64,000 bases of DNA from contig NC_043007.1 of the NCBI RefSeq assembly GCF_006345805.1, positions 67,022,001 to 67,086,000 of the forward strand. The letters run 5' to 3'. Each line of letters starts with the position of its first letter. Position 1 is the stretch's first letter. Shown piece by piece: positions 15,023-27,324 of this stretch. The notes beneath the pieces were generated by a model. That model ran no database searches and was not told the origin of the DNA. It was given only the letters and a program-made list of their open reading frames with translations. The position numbers and the translations under genes are program-made. Source of the stretch: Octopus sinensis. Taxonomy: Eukaryota.

Positions 15023-15465
15023 CTAGAAAGAGAGATAGATAGATAGTTGGAAAGAAAGAGAGAGAGATAGAGATAGACAGGATGGCATACAAACAGACAG
15101 ACTGATAAACAGCCAAGGTTGGTAGTTAGAGACAGATTGATAAACAGACAGGCAGGCAGATATGGTTAAGGTGCCCTGAGTATTAAATTCAAATACGGGA
15201 GGGTTTCACATATGTAATGTGAGTTGAAAATTTTGATTATTCATGCAATAAGTAGATAAGAATCTCCCCCTTGTTAGGGGAGCAAGAGGAATAACTCTAG
15301 GATGATTAGACAATTGAAATTTTGGGGAAAATATAGACAATACAGATGGTTGTAGATCCTTGGTAGACAGACAGACAGACATGGCAAATAAACATGTAGT
15401 CATGCAAACGAAACAGACAAGCAGGCAGACAACATATTGGATAAACTGACAAGTAAACAGACAGG

Positions 15466-15505
<40 letters not shown>

Positions 15506-16154
15506 GATAGACAGATGAGCAGAAAGAGAGGGTGTAAGAGAGAAAGGGAAAGAGGAGAGAGACAGACAGACAAGCAAACAGAGACATACTGACAGACAAG
15601 AAGAGGGAGAAAAACAGAGACAGATAGACCATCAGAGAGACAGACAGACAGACAGACCATCAGAGAGACAGACAGACAGATTATCAGAGAGACAGCCGGA
15701 CAGACATGCAAACAAACAGTCTGACATACAGACAAGCAGAGACAGAGTGAAATATAAATAAAACCAGTATAATATGTAATATTGATAAACACAGGTGAAA
15801 GAAGAAAGGGGGCAAATACGGATGGGTAGATGGATGGGTGGATAGATGGATGGATAGATGGATAAAAATGCTTAGGAACAAATATTTTCATTTATTGAGA
15901 TACAACAGGAGTATGGAAAGTAAAGGGAAGCAGTGACAGTGAGACCCATGAAACTGTGTGGATGTAAAAGAGAGAGAGAGAGAGAGAGTGTGTGTGTGTG
16001 TGTGACAGAGAGAGATGTAATAATGTTGGTAAAATAGTAAAAGGAAAAGAAAAATAAATAAATAGATAAATAAAAGAGGAATTACAATGAAAATAACCCT
16101 ATTAGTTAAAGTGAAATAATCAATAATGCTCAAGTATGAAATGTTCTACTCATA

Positions 16155-16629
16155 ATACAGTTCTATATTTAAGAGATGAGGAATCGTGTACTTTATTTAC
16201 ATTAATTACAATTGGCAGATATTTGTCATCTTGTTTGTTGTTAACACAATGTTTCGGCTGATATACCCTCCGGCCTTCATCAGGTGTCTTGGGGAAATTT
16301 CAAACCTGGGTTCTTGTTCCTAAAGTATTTTTCGATGTTGTTGTTATTATTATTATTATTATTATTCAGGTCACTGCTTGGAATTGAACTCGGAATCTTG
16401 GGTTTAGTAGCCCGTGCTCTTAACCCCAAGATTTCGAGTTTGATTTCAGGCAGTGACCTGAATAATAATAAAAATAATAATAATAACAACAACGAAAAAT
16501 ACCTTAGAAATGAGAACCCAGGTTCGAAATTTTCCCAAGACACAAGGCTGGGGGGTATATCAACCGAAACGTTGAGTTAACAACAAACAAGATGAGGACA
16601 AATATCCATCAATTATAGATAATGTAAAT
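16155..16629. mobile_element. Head-to-head inverted pair of a tRNA-headed SINE with a hammerhead-bearing tail
   Basis: Arms of about 210-250 bp around a 14-nt loop (16407-16420), and a 15-bp TSD AATGTTCTACTCATA (16140-16154, 16630-16644). Confidence 0.88.
16243..16288 (-). ncRNA. Minimal type-I hammerhead ribozyme motif (Penelope-type), mutated in stem III
   Basis: GACAC-CUGAUGA-A-GGCCG-GAGGGUAUAU-CAGCC-GAAA-CAUU-GUGUU. Stem I (GACAC/GUGUU), the core and stem II are present. The partner arm keeps GAAACGUU. Confidence 0.7.
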
Positions 16630-16789
16630 AATGTTCTACTCATATTGAAGAATCGTTTTAGCAATGTAAGAACAAACAAACTTTCTGCTTATTTCTTAAT
16701 AGTACTGTCTTCTATTAAGTGTTAAAAAGTTTTGTTGCACTTCTTCAACCTAGTCACTGATTGACATAAAGTCACTCATAGATACACAC

Positions 16790-16990
16790 CAGCCTCTTTG
16801 ACCAACAGGTGCACTGTCTCCTCTCAGAGCTGACCACCTCCATTCAGACATTCCTATTCCACTTGCCTCTCCTCATCTCATAACCCTTATGTCCAGACCA
16901 CCAAGCCCCACACTAATCACTACATCCAGTTCTTCCTTCCAAGAATGCCAGCCACCTATAGCTTTTTCACTTCAAGTACATGAATTCAGT
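16790..16990 (+). mobile_element. CR1/L2-like LINE C-terminal fragment (degenerate)
   Basis: SSSHNPYVQTTKPHTNHYIQFFLPR resembles the SSHPxxV...RTNHYxxSFFPRT motif. Confidence 0.5.
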
Positions 16991-19206
16991 TCCTTTTATG
17001 GAAAAAGCTACCGATCATAAACTAGCTTCCTGTGCAAAAAGTCATTTGTTTCACATATACTTAGTGCAACAAAATTCAAAATTTAGGGACTGACTCAATG
17101 CTTATTGGAAAGTAAAATAAATGGAGAAAGAGTGTGATTTGGTTGTCAGTGAGATGTTTTGCAGTAAAGGCTGCCAGTAGAACAGCTAGTTGAATATTGA
17201 TTTATTGATGATCTACAAAGACCATCAATGGAATGGACAGTATAAAATGATCAAAACATACAGGACAAAATATGGAATGGTGAGTGGATGTAAATGGCAG
17301 GCAGTACTGCAAATGAAACAGCCACTAAAGTAGCTCAAATGATCTGCAGACCAGTCAATGAAAGTAACTGCTCAGTTACCATTAGGTACAGTCTGCTCTC
17401 AGAAAGTTGGACACCATAGATTAAGATTTATATTTTTAGTCTGTACAATTCTCCATATTATCTAGATAAAGTGAAATAAACTAATACTCAAGTATGAAAT
17501 ATTCTGCTCATGGAAGAGTCATTTTAGTTATGTATGTCTTGATTTTTCCATTTCCACTCTTAACTATTTTGTTTTCAGTTAACATTCTTTTGCACCTTAA
17601 AGGAGGAGGAAGATCATAAACCCCAATGAGTACAGTATTCCTATGAAGTGTAGTGACCTCAGGCATTATTAGCTTTGAAAAGAGATAATGATGGAACAGT
17701 GATATGGAAAGAAATCCAATAATTGTCAGGATATGTGGTGTGTCCCTTGTCGTGCCCAATGTAAGTCGACCGAAGAAGGAGAAGCAGGAAAAGTGGGAAG
17801 AAGAGGGAGATAAGAACAACGAAAAAGACATCAACCTGCAAAGTATTTGCATAAATTAAGAGAATGAATACATGAGAAGTAGATACATGAATACATGGGA
17901 ATATACAATACAATAACAAAAACTGTTTAACAAAATTAAACTGAAAAAACAGTAAATAAATAAAAGAGCATTAAGAGATAACAAATCCAAAACGTAAAAA
18001 GATAAGAGAGAAACAAACAAACAAACAAACAAAAGAGTGCAAGGCAAGGAACTATGGCAGAGTGAAAGCAACCAAAAATCAGAAACAAAGAAATTTAGAA
18101 ATATCCAATACTTACATGAATACAAATGAACAACAACATTAACAACAAAAACTGGATCAATTTTACTTAGAAACTATTTGTTGTATTGGAAGATTTACAA
18201 AAGAAAAAAATTTAAGCTTTATCTTTTAAACGTAGAATAGAGATTCAAAAGGATCGCTATCCAATTTTGGTTTCTATGCTTGAAATGAATGAAAGGAATA
18301 TTATTTGATGATGATGATGATGATGATGATGCAGTTTGGTTTAAGTGTACCAATGTAGGTCCCAGCTTTTACAACAGGTGTAACCATATCTCTACACATC
18401 ATATGAGGTGACTAAAAGAGCCTGGCATCAGGAAAGGTATCCAGCAATAAGCCACTGTTTCAAAATGTCCCATTTAACTCATGCTGACATGAAAAAGCAG
18501 AAGTTATCATCATACTAGTGATGATGATCATAACGACGACAACAACAATGATAATGATGACGACAATTATGAAGTTTGTTTTGTTTAAGTGTCTTGATGA
18601 TAGAAACTCACCTGGGAACCATCTCAGGCTTCATATCACAAAACCTCACATGTTCAATGTGCATATAAAAACTATCCACCAAAATTTCATGTAAAAACTA
18701 TTTTAAAAGTTGTGTTCCAAACATCAGATTAAAATATACCAATTAATGAAAATGTTAGTTTACTAATTCCTTCAAAATTCTCGGTTAGTTCCAAGATGAA
18801 TTCAAACAGAGAGATGTGCATTTTGTTAAAAATGTTGTCGCAAAAATTCCTTAAATGTTTGGCTTCTCTGAGATTTGAATTTAGAATGGAGGACTAAACG
18901 ACATATCCAAAATCATTACCCTACCTACCAAAGATCAAAACCACTCTCTACTCTCATAGATCTGTATTGAAATGAAATCATAGGATTTCACTCCCAAACA
19001 CCTTTTGAGAATAATTGTCATTCATGCTAATGAATTTTTTCATTACAGTTATATTTTGAATTAACTCACTTATGTTCCGTATGCAGAAGGTAACCTTAAG
19101 AAAATTTTCCAATAACACATTAGTTATTTTATTTCACAAAGCACAAGCCAATATGCTTGTAATAGGAGTATTGTTGACGGAAATAACTTTAGCCCTTTAA
19201 CATTTA

Positions 19207-19467
19207 AGCCTAGTGGTTAGGCTGTTGCACTCATAATCACTAGATCGTGGGTTCAATTTTCAGACTGAGCAGCATGTTCTGTTCTTGAGCAAAACACTTC
19301 ATTTCATGTTGTTCCAGTCCTCCTTTCAAACAAAGGGAAATGTTAGCCTGCTTGCCTAGCCAGCAGGGTGGTATTATTTGAAGGCTAAATCAATGCAAAG
19401 ATGCATTGTAACCAGCGATGTGTAACAACATCTGATAGCCTGGTCAGTCACACGACCACGTGATATC
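19207..19467 (+). mobile_element. tRNA-derived SINE family D; second copy at 32745-33005(-)
   Basis: Both share head agtggttaggctgttgcactc and tail gcctgcttgcctagccagc...gtgtaacaacatctgatagcctggt. Confidence 0.78.
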
Positions 19468-19633
19468 AGGTCAAAATACTGTACCTGTTTTATGTTGAAA
19501 CTGGCTACGCATAACCTCTTACACCTATCCTCCTGTCATTGTAAAAATAAACAATTACATCACTGAAATCTTGAAACTACAAGATAATGCATGCTTAATT
19601 CAGAACAATATGAGAAAATATGCATTACATTTG

Positions 19634-19803
19634 ACGCTGATCATGAAACACTGTCTTCGATGGTCAGGACATGTAGCAACAATGGAAGAGTCAAGGTTCC
19701 CACATCAAGTCTTATTCAGTGAGCTCACTTCAGGGAAAAGACCACAGGGCTGCCCTCTTCAAACATACAAAGACCAACTCAAAGCAACACTGAAAGCCAC
19801 TGA
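19634..19803 (+). mobile_element. RTE/BovB-like LINE ORF2 C-terminal fragment
   Basis: LRWSGHVATMEESRFPHQVLFSELTSGKRPQGCPLQTYKDQLKATLK matches the RTE C-terminal pattern. Confidence 0.82.
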
Positions 19804-19969
19804 TGGACTCTCCTATCAAAGATGATGTATGAGTGTCCAGCTTTTGCTGAACAACCTGCACAAATGATTTCTTTACAGAGATCAAATGCATGTGCTGTAC
19901 ATTAGCTCACTCTCTCCACCATATCAACATTGCCTGAACAGATACACTGTGTACTACACGTCAGGTGAC

Positions 19970-20525
19970 AAAATAATAATAATAATAATATACAATAATG
20001 ATAAAATAATAATATCTAATAATGATAATAAAATAATGATATCCAATAATAATAAAATATTCAATAATAATAAAATAATAATAATATGCAATAATGATAA
20101 TAAAATAATAATATCCAATAATAATAAAATAATATTCAATAATAATAAAATAATAATATGCAATAATGATAAAATAATAATATCCAATAATAATAAAATA
20201 ATATTCAATAATAATAAAAAATAATAATAATATGCAATAATGATAAAATAATAATATGCAATAATGATAATAAAATAATAATATTCAATAATAATAAAAT
20301 AATATTCAATAATAATAAAATAATAATAATATGCAATAATGATAATAAAATAATAATATCCAATAATAATAAAATAATATTCAATAATAATAAAATAACA
20401 ATACTCAATAAAAATAATAAAATAATAACAGTATCCAATAATAATAATAATAATAATAATAAAATAACAGTATCCAATAAGAAATAATAATAATAACAAC
20501 AATATCCAATAATGATAATTATTAT
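19970..20525. repeat. Compound AAT-based minisatellite (aataataaaataat + atcc/attc/atgc variants)
   Basis: Visible directly; it is the source of the N/I/K and L/I-rich spurious ORFs. Confidence 0.95.
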
Positions 20526-20534
20526 GATAAGGTC

Positions 20535-20935
20535 CCCAAAGTGTGGCATCTAAGAACAACAGCTGTACTGTAATCATCAGAGCTTTGGGGGTGATATCAA
20601 ACGGTGCCCTTAAACTCAACGGGCAAATATCAGGAAACCCAAAAATATCAGAACGACAAAAAATTTTTTATTATGGGTATTGCCCACATCATAAGAAAAA
20701 CATTGTGAACCTGAAAATATCAGATCCTCTTAAAACTCCTTCAAAATTGAAATATCACAGATTTAACAGAAACTTAATTCTCAGATTCTGATCTTTCCCC
20801 AACCATATATCATTACTGATCATAAATAACACCCATAGTAAAGCATCTGTTACTTGAAGTCTCTAGGTGGTGAGACTCTGAACAACTCGCATAAAACAAA
20901 GCAACATAAATAATGATAATAATAATAATAATAAA
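20535..20935 (+). mobile_element. 3' end of an R4/Dong-like (RLE-type) LINE with an (AAT)n tail
   Basis: Frameshifted KVWHLRTTAV / VIIRALGVISNG...QISGNPKISERQKI / IMGIAHIIRKTL* (stop 20706-20708), about 200 bp of 3' UTR, and AAT repeats on both sides. Confidence 0.72.
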
Positions 20936-21182
20936 ACTGGAACTCCATCGGTTGATCCAATCAATGGAACAGCCTGCTCATGAAATTGACGTGCAAGTGG
21001 CTGAGCACTCCAGAGATATGCGTACCCTTAATGTAGATCTCGGGGATTCAGCATGACACAGAATGTGACAAGGCCAGTCTTCGAATTACAGGTACTTCTC
21101 ATTAAATTATGAAATAAACTATGAAGGTCTGTTTGATATTTATTACTCCACTTCAAATTCTTATAATATATCATACTGTACC

Positions 21183-21256
<74 letters not shown>

Positions 21257-22379
21257 ACAGTATAAGGTTTATATGATAAAAATTAAATGAAGAAAAGTAA
21301 AGAACGTGGTTTTATGTAACAGAAAGAATTGCAAAATAATATATGATTGATTCTAGTTTCAGCTCACGAGCTGTGGCCATGCTGGGGCACCGCCATGCTT
21401 CTAAAGAGTATGTTTAATCTTTATTAATTTACATAACGGTGTAAAATGAACATAACTATTCTTAACAGACAGTATACAAATCGATCATCTTCAAAAAATG
21501 GGTCTGTTTAGTCAATACAGTGCACAACATTTATAGCATAGTATGTATGGCACAGTATTCCTGGGTTTCTGGAAGCCAGATAAGAGGTCCATAACAGCAT
21601 TAAAGAATTTGGTAAAATAACTTTGTCCATTATTAAGCTGATACTTGGAGCATAAAACAACAAAACAAAATTTGATGGAATGTTCTAATTTAGGCCATCT
21701 TAAAACAGAAGTGTGCATCACAGAACTAGGAATGGTTTTAGGCAAGTCTGCATCAAAATGGTTAAGAAATCTATATTAGTAGTAATATGGTGGTTGTTGT
21801 TACTTTGTGCCAATGTAATAAATGCTCATAAACCATATAGTGTTGTGGTCAAGACAGTAAAACGCTGAGTTAGTTACATCATGTCATTAAGTTCTAATCT
21901 TGTTGGGATATAGATAATTCTAAAGTCCAGAGTTAGATAAGTAATAGTAAGCTAAAAAAGAAAAAAATACATTATGCTGATATTGCAAGTCAACAAGAAG
22001 TGATGCTCTATACAGTTAGCTGACCTGCTAGAAATAGCAACAAAATCTCCCTTTTGATCACAGCTAAGAATAAGCAAACTGATAAAAGAAAAATCTGAAA
22101 TGCACTACTTCACAAGCTTCAATCTAGATTGTACAACTTTTTAGCAATTTTGGTAATTTAGAAGAATGAGGTCAGATATAGAGCTATCGAGGTCACTGTT
22201 ACTGCTTAAACCATCAGTAGTGTACATGGGGTGTAATATAATATTCACATGTAATAAATGAAATGATAATCCATACTTATATACAAATGATAAAAATAAT
22301 GTAAATATTATACAGTCTCATCGATGTAAATGATATCAAGTAAACAATATTACATATTGTCAAATGTGACAATCAAGAT

Positions 22380-22765
22380 CTCAATGATATCCCATACTCT
22401 CACATATAATAAAGACCGCACCGATATCCTATAATCCCTCATATACGATAATAAAGACCTCAATGATATCCCATACTCTTACATATAATAAAGACCTCAC
22501 CAATATCCTATAATCCCTCATATGCAATAATAAAGACCTCAATGATATCCCATACTTTTACATATAATAAAGACCTCACCAATATCCTATAATCCCTCAT
22601 ATGCGATAAATAAAGATCTCAATGATATCCCATGCTTTCAATGACATTCCATAGTTTCACATGCGATAATAATGACTTCAATGATATACCATATTCTCAA
22701 ACTAAAGACCTGAATGATATCCTATACTCTCACAAGCAATAATAAAACCCTCAATGATATCCTAT
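22380..22765. repeat. Higher-order minisatellite: 79-80-bp unit made of 37-bp and 42-bp related monomers
   Basis: CTCAATGATATC recurs at 22380, 22459, 22538 and 22618, then decays to monomers. Confidence 0.9.
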
Positions 22766-22989
22766 TAAGCTTAATATGACTACTGATGAATGTTTCACTG
22801 TATGTTCCTATGCTGTGCACGCGCGCATGTGTGTGTGTGTACAAGTTCCTGAAAGAAGTAGATTAGTTCAGGGTCTCAATATTAATTACAACAAAAACAC
22901 AAGCAAACAAATAAGAATGGTCAGAGAGAGAGAGAGAAACAGGCAAACAGAGACAATGTGTAACATATCGCATGATGGAGGAGAAATAA

Positions 22990-23850
22990 AATGAAAGACA
23001 TCAGAGAAGGGGAAAGGAAAAAGAGAGCGCATGAGTGTGTGTGAGAGAGAGAGAGAGGGAAAGAAAAAAAGCATGTACCTAAGGAGGTGAGATTGTGAAA
23101 GAGGAGAGGGAATTATGTATGAGAAGAATAGTAATTGAGAGAGAGTGAATGTGAGTGAAACTGTGAGAGACAGTGCGTGTTTGTGTGTGTGTGTGTGTGT
23201 GCATGTGTGTAAAGGTGTGCATATGTAAGTATGCATGTAAGAGTTTGCATGTAATAGTGTACAAAGAGACTGTAGGAGAGGGGAAGAGTTTAAGAGAGAG
23301 GGGGAGAAAGGATAGTTGAAAACTGAGTGACAGACAGCGAGAGAGATAAAGTATGAGAAATAATAAAAGAAGGGTAGGAGGGGTAAATACAGTGTAAAAG
23401 AAACAGTAAGGGGGAGAAACTGAAAAAGAGAGAGAGACAGTGAGAAAGAGATAGTGAAAATGAGAGAGAGATAGTAAGAGGTAGGGATAGTATGAGTGGG
23501 AGAAGTGAGAAAAAGAAGTAATGAAAGAGAGAGAGAAAAACGTGAGTGACAGAGAGCAAGTGTGAGAGAGTGTTTCAACAGAAATGAGAGACTGTTTGTG
23601 AAAGAAAGACAAAAGAAGGGAGGGAGGCAAAGGTTATGATAATGAAAGGGGATGAATGAGAGAGAGAGGGAGAAAGAGAGTAATAATATTCACCTGAGCA
23701 TTGATAGCAAGAAATGACATTAAGAGATAATAGTAAAACGATAAAGCACAAACAAACAAATCATGAGAGAGAGAGAGAGAGAGACCAAGTAAGCATAACA
23801 TATCATGCATTGAAAATGGAAGAGAGAGAGGGAGAGAGAGATCCCATGGA
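22990..23850. repeat. Cryptic GA-rich polypurine tract. Similar low-complexity tracts: GACA-rich 15030-15860, TG-rich 30210-30800, TA/CA-rich 37500-37820
   Basis: Composition visible directly; these tracts explain the S/L/F-, T/H/Y- and C/V-rich ORFs. Confidence 0.9.
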
Positions 23851-24344
23851 AATGAAAACACAAAGAATTGCTTCCATACATAGAAAAATAGAGGAGCAAC
23901 AGCAAGAGAGCAAAGATGCCATTAGAATGTCGGCAAGAGAGTAATATCAAACAGAGCAGAGTGAAGGACCATTTGACAGAGGTTGTATAAGTAATTAAAC
24001 ACAACATTAATAACACTGCAGTAATAAGGGAGTTCAACAGCAGCTAGACCTGGTCATTATCCATACTAACAACTAGAATAGCTTTAAGGAATCACCAATG
24101 GAACTTATTATACATAATGATTTGGCCTGTTCTATACAGCTGCCAAATATTTTCGTTATTATGGTTCTAATTAATTATCTGGGCACTTATTTGAGGTGAT
24201 ATGGTAACGGTAGCACACATGTATACTGGTTCTATTCTATAAAAGATCACTTTGTGTGTGAAAGCAAGATCTCGTATTGATGTTATTAATTATTATCAAA
24301 CTATAACAGAATTGTTTGTAACTGATTGTGAGAGCTAAACTATC

Positions 24345-24378
<34 letters not shown>

Positions 24379-24779
24379 TCTCTCCCCACCACCACTTCTC
24401 CTGATGTAAAGGTATAGAAGAGTTAGCGGTGATTAAAATCAATAAAATATGTTGGATTTCCAATTGAAAAGTCAGGATTCTATCATTGAGCAAGATATAA
24501 ATGGATTGGTCCAGCTAACTAAAATAACTGAAATATACATATGTAAGCATTAATATATATAAACAGAAGGAGCACTGTTTAATTAGCAAGTCTTTTGTTT
24601 ATAAATGCATGCCTCAATTCTTTTCAATTCAACAATTTTTTTTCTTTTTAATCTACTGCTAGCTGAAGTCCCAGTATGTTACGAGGTTAACTTGCAACAG
24701 CATATTGAAACTTTATCTAATTGTAAGCTCACCTTTCCATGCTGGCTCATTGCATTTGGACAGAGTGCTCAGGTGGTTG

Positions 24780-25020
24780 AGTGATTAGCCTGGCCATCAG
24801 CACCAAGGCAGAATTTTAACTCAAACACCAAGACATAGAACAAATACCACAAGGTATCCAGCTCAACATGATTGAGGAAGATCTTCTGAAGCTCAACATC
24901 ACCTTGGAGGATGCAGAGAGACTGGCACAGGACCACCAGCAAGGGAGATCTCTGGTGGACCTGGTCAGCTCTACACATAATGACATCTCTGGGACCACTA
25001 ACCTGGGATGACCCCCAGCC
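24780..25020 (+). mobile_element. RTE-clade LINE 3' fragment
   Basis: MIEEDLLKLNITLEDAERLAQDHQQGRSLVDLVSS resembles the RTE terminal LAQDRxxWRxLV motif. Confidence 0.68.
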
Positions 25021-25703
25021 CCGTCAAGCAAGAGCATGAAAAGCTCAACACTTTAACATCTCTATCAACCCACTGCCTTGGACTGATACTTTATCAACCT
25101 TAAAAGGATGAAAGATAAAGTGGACAGAAGCGGGACTTGAACTCAGATTGTGGAGAGCTGGAACAAACATTGCTAAGCACTTTATCTAATACTCTAACAA
25201 CTCAGGTACCAATTAACAATACTGATAGACATTCTTTACATAAGATTACTGCTGCTTTGGTGGTTCACACAAGTATTAGTATAGTGATTCACATAATCAC
25301 AACTGCAATAGTGATTCACATAATTATAACTGCAATAGTGATTCACATACAAATAATCTCACCCATTATACATTACATATGGGAAATTGTGAAACAATAA
25401 GTATGCAAACTATTCACTCCTCACATCTCTCACTCTTGCTATTTCATCCCATAATCAAATAATTAAACAACAACGGAGTTAAACAATACATTCTGTTTGC
25501 TTTTGTTTTTTTTAGTAAGAAAGGGAGGGTAATAATTTGATAGGAAAACAAACAGGCAAAAGAACCAAAGAGATAGTGACAGAGATAACTGAAGAGTAAT
25601 ACCAATCAATGAGAGAGTGAGAGAGAGAAAGACAGACAGACAGACAAACAGTCAGAGAAAGCCCAAAAGGAAAATCTGAGGTAAAATGATATTTCAAACT
25701 AAC

Positions 25704-25746
25704 CTGAGTGAATTGTGGTCAATATTAAGAAAAGTAATCAAGCCAC
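25704..25746 (-). CDS. Candidate 43-nt exon (G)GLITFLNIDHNSL(R), phase 1-2
   Basis: Acceptor ttcttatttttacag|, donor CAG|gttagt. Only the phase-1 frame is open, which is compatible with exon 38032-37904. Confidence 0.35.
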
Positions 25747-26949
25747 CTGTAAAAATAAGAACTTCACATTCCCTCTATATGTACTGTGATTAATATGAAC
25801 ACTCAGCTGATTTGCATATTAGTTGGCAGTGCAGTATTAGTGGAATCCAAGCAGGAATGGGCTATCTCAGTCCATACAGACTATAGAGTAGGAATGGAAA
25901 CATGAAAATTTTATGAAATGAAAAAAAAAAAAAAGATATACACGTACAATGAGGTACAAAGGATATACCTGGTTCTTGGTAATAAAACAAATTAAAAGAA
26001 ATCTCTCTTGGAATAAAACACTGACCTAACACTGGTTCCTGAGCTTGCACAATTAAGTTCTTGTATATACATGTATGTGAAAGAGAGAGAGAAAGAGATA
26101 GTACACATACCAAACTGAAACATGACTACAACAGGTTTTAATAGATTACCTTCAAGAGTTCCTGACCTACAGAATTTACATAAGTACAATGGTAAACATC
26201 TCTTGACTTGAAATGTTAAGTCCTCCTGCCTCTACCAGAAAATAATTACAGCTAAGAGTAGGAATCCAACTTGCCATAGAAACTCAGTTCATAAACACTT
26301 TATAGTATTCACATATTTGGAGAGTGTGTGTGTGTGTGTACACACACATTTTGTTTCTTGGTTTAGTCAGAAGACAGGGACAGAACCCATGATTGGTGGG
26401 GTTACTACAGTTGGAGGATAACTTCATCCCACCAATATTAGAGGCCTAAAAAATAAAAAGGTCACTAGTACTGTTCTTCCCTGATAAAACAAAGCATGAA
26501 AGATTATTTCTTGTTAATGCTGTTCAATCAAAGAGGGAAGGGTAGTACCCATGGTCCTTTAGATTTTTCAGAGTCTCCAAAAGACTTGTGGGAGAAAGTC
26601 ATTCTCAAACTATAAGCCCTATCTATCCCAAAGGCTTGCCTGAGTGAAACTCCACTAAAGACATGCAAAAACCAAGTGATGGAATTAAACTGAGTGATGG
26701 CTTATGTCTACCACTCAGGAGCTCAGAATGCATGAAGATGAAATAAATACCACCAGACATCCCATTTGATGTCCTAACAATTTCACTAATCCACCACCCT
26801 GAACAGTTATTTTATTGACAAACAAAAGGGTTAAAGATAAAGTTAATCTTGATAGGATTTGAACTCAAAGAGCAGAGAGTCAGAAAACCACAAAGTGTGT
26901 TGTCCTATACCTTAGCAACTCTGTCAAGTAGCTGTGTTTTGCCATCTCA

Positions 26950-27250
26950 CCACATTTTTATTGTTTTTCCAGTGTTGACATTCTGAGGAGCAAGGATTGA
27001 TAGCATAGCAGCTTGTGTGGATTGGAAAAGGAGAAGATTGGCACACAGACTGAGGGTGAAAAGCTGGAAGAGATATGGCTATTCTAGGTGAGCGGTAGTA
27101 CGTAGCTAGTTCCAATGAACAGAAACCGTTGCAACTGTGGAGTGGATAAAGGAGAGAGAGAGATAGAGTATGTGATATGTTAGTGAAGGAAAAATTCTCA
27201 GCTAAGCAACCAAAATGAGTTTCTTTTGGATGTCTGTGTAGCAGCAGCAG
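26950..27250 (-). mobile_element. CR1/L2-like LINE C-terminal fragment (degenerate)
   Basis: LSLSLLYPLHSCNGFCSLELATY...FHPQSVC resembles SLSLFYRYYxGxCSxELA...SHP. Confidence 0.55.
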
Positions 27251-27285
27251 CACCATCTTCGATATGAAGGAAGCCTCTGTGTGTT

Positions 27286-27324
<39 letters not shown>

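Noticed and set aside
15206-15891. Overlapping LSVC-repeat ORFs
   Set aside because: (GACA)n microsatellite translation.
17508-17919. Minus ORFs and a possible intron 18115-17837
   Set aside because: All spliced frames give T-rich hydrophobic text or immediate stops, and there are conflicting plus-strand signals; left unresolved.
19954-20619. Long ORFs (221, 114, 112 aa) rich in I/L/N/Y
   Set aside because: Translations of the AAT minisatellite.
21512-21745. 77-aa ORF with a phase-1 acceptor
   Set aside because: No convincing donor, poly(A) signal or protein similarity.
22380-22765. Regularly spaced repeats resembling a CRISPR array
   Set aside because: The spacers are themselves repeated, the context is eukaryotic and there are no cas genes.
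22886-23630. 230-aa and 183-aa S/L/F-rich ORFs
   Set aside because: Reverse translations of a GA-rich low-complexity tract; no splice or domain support.
23714-23944. Coiled-coil-looking peptide IHRKIEEQQQESKDAIR
   Set aside because: Purine-rich context gives E/K/R/Q by composition; no splice sites.
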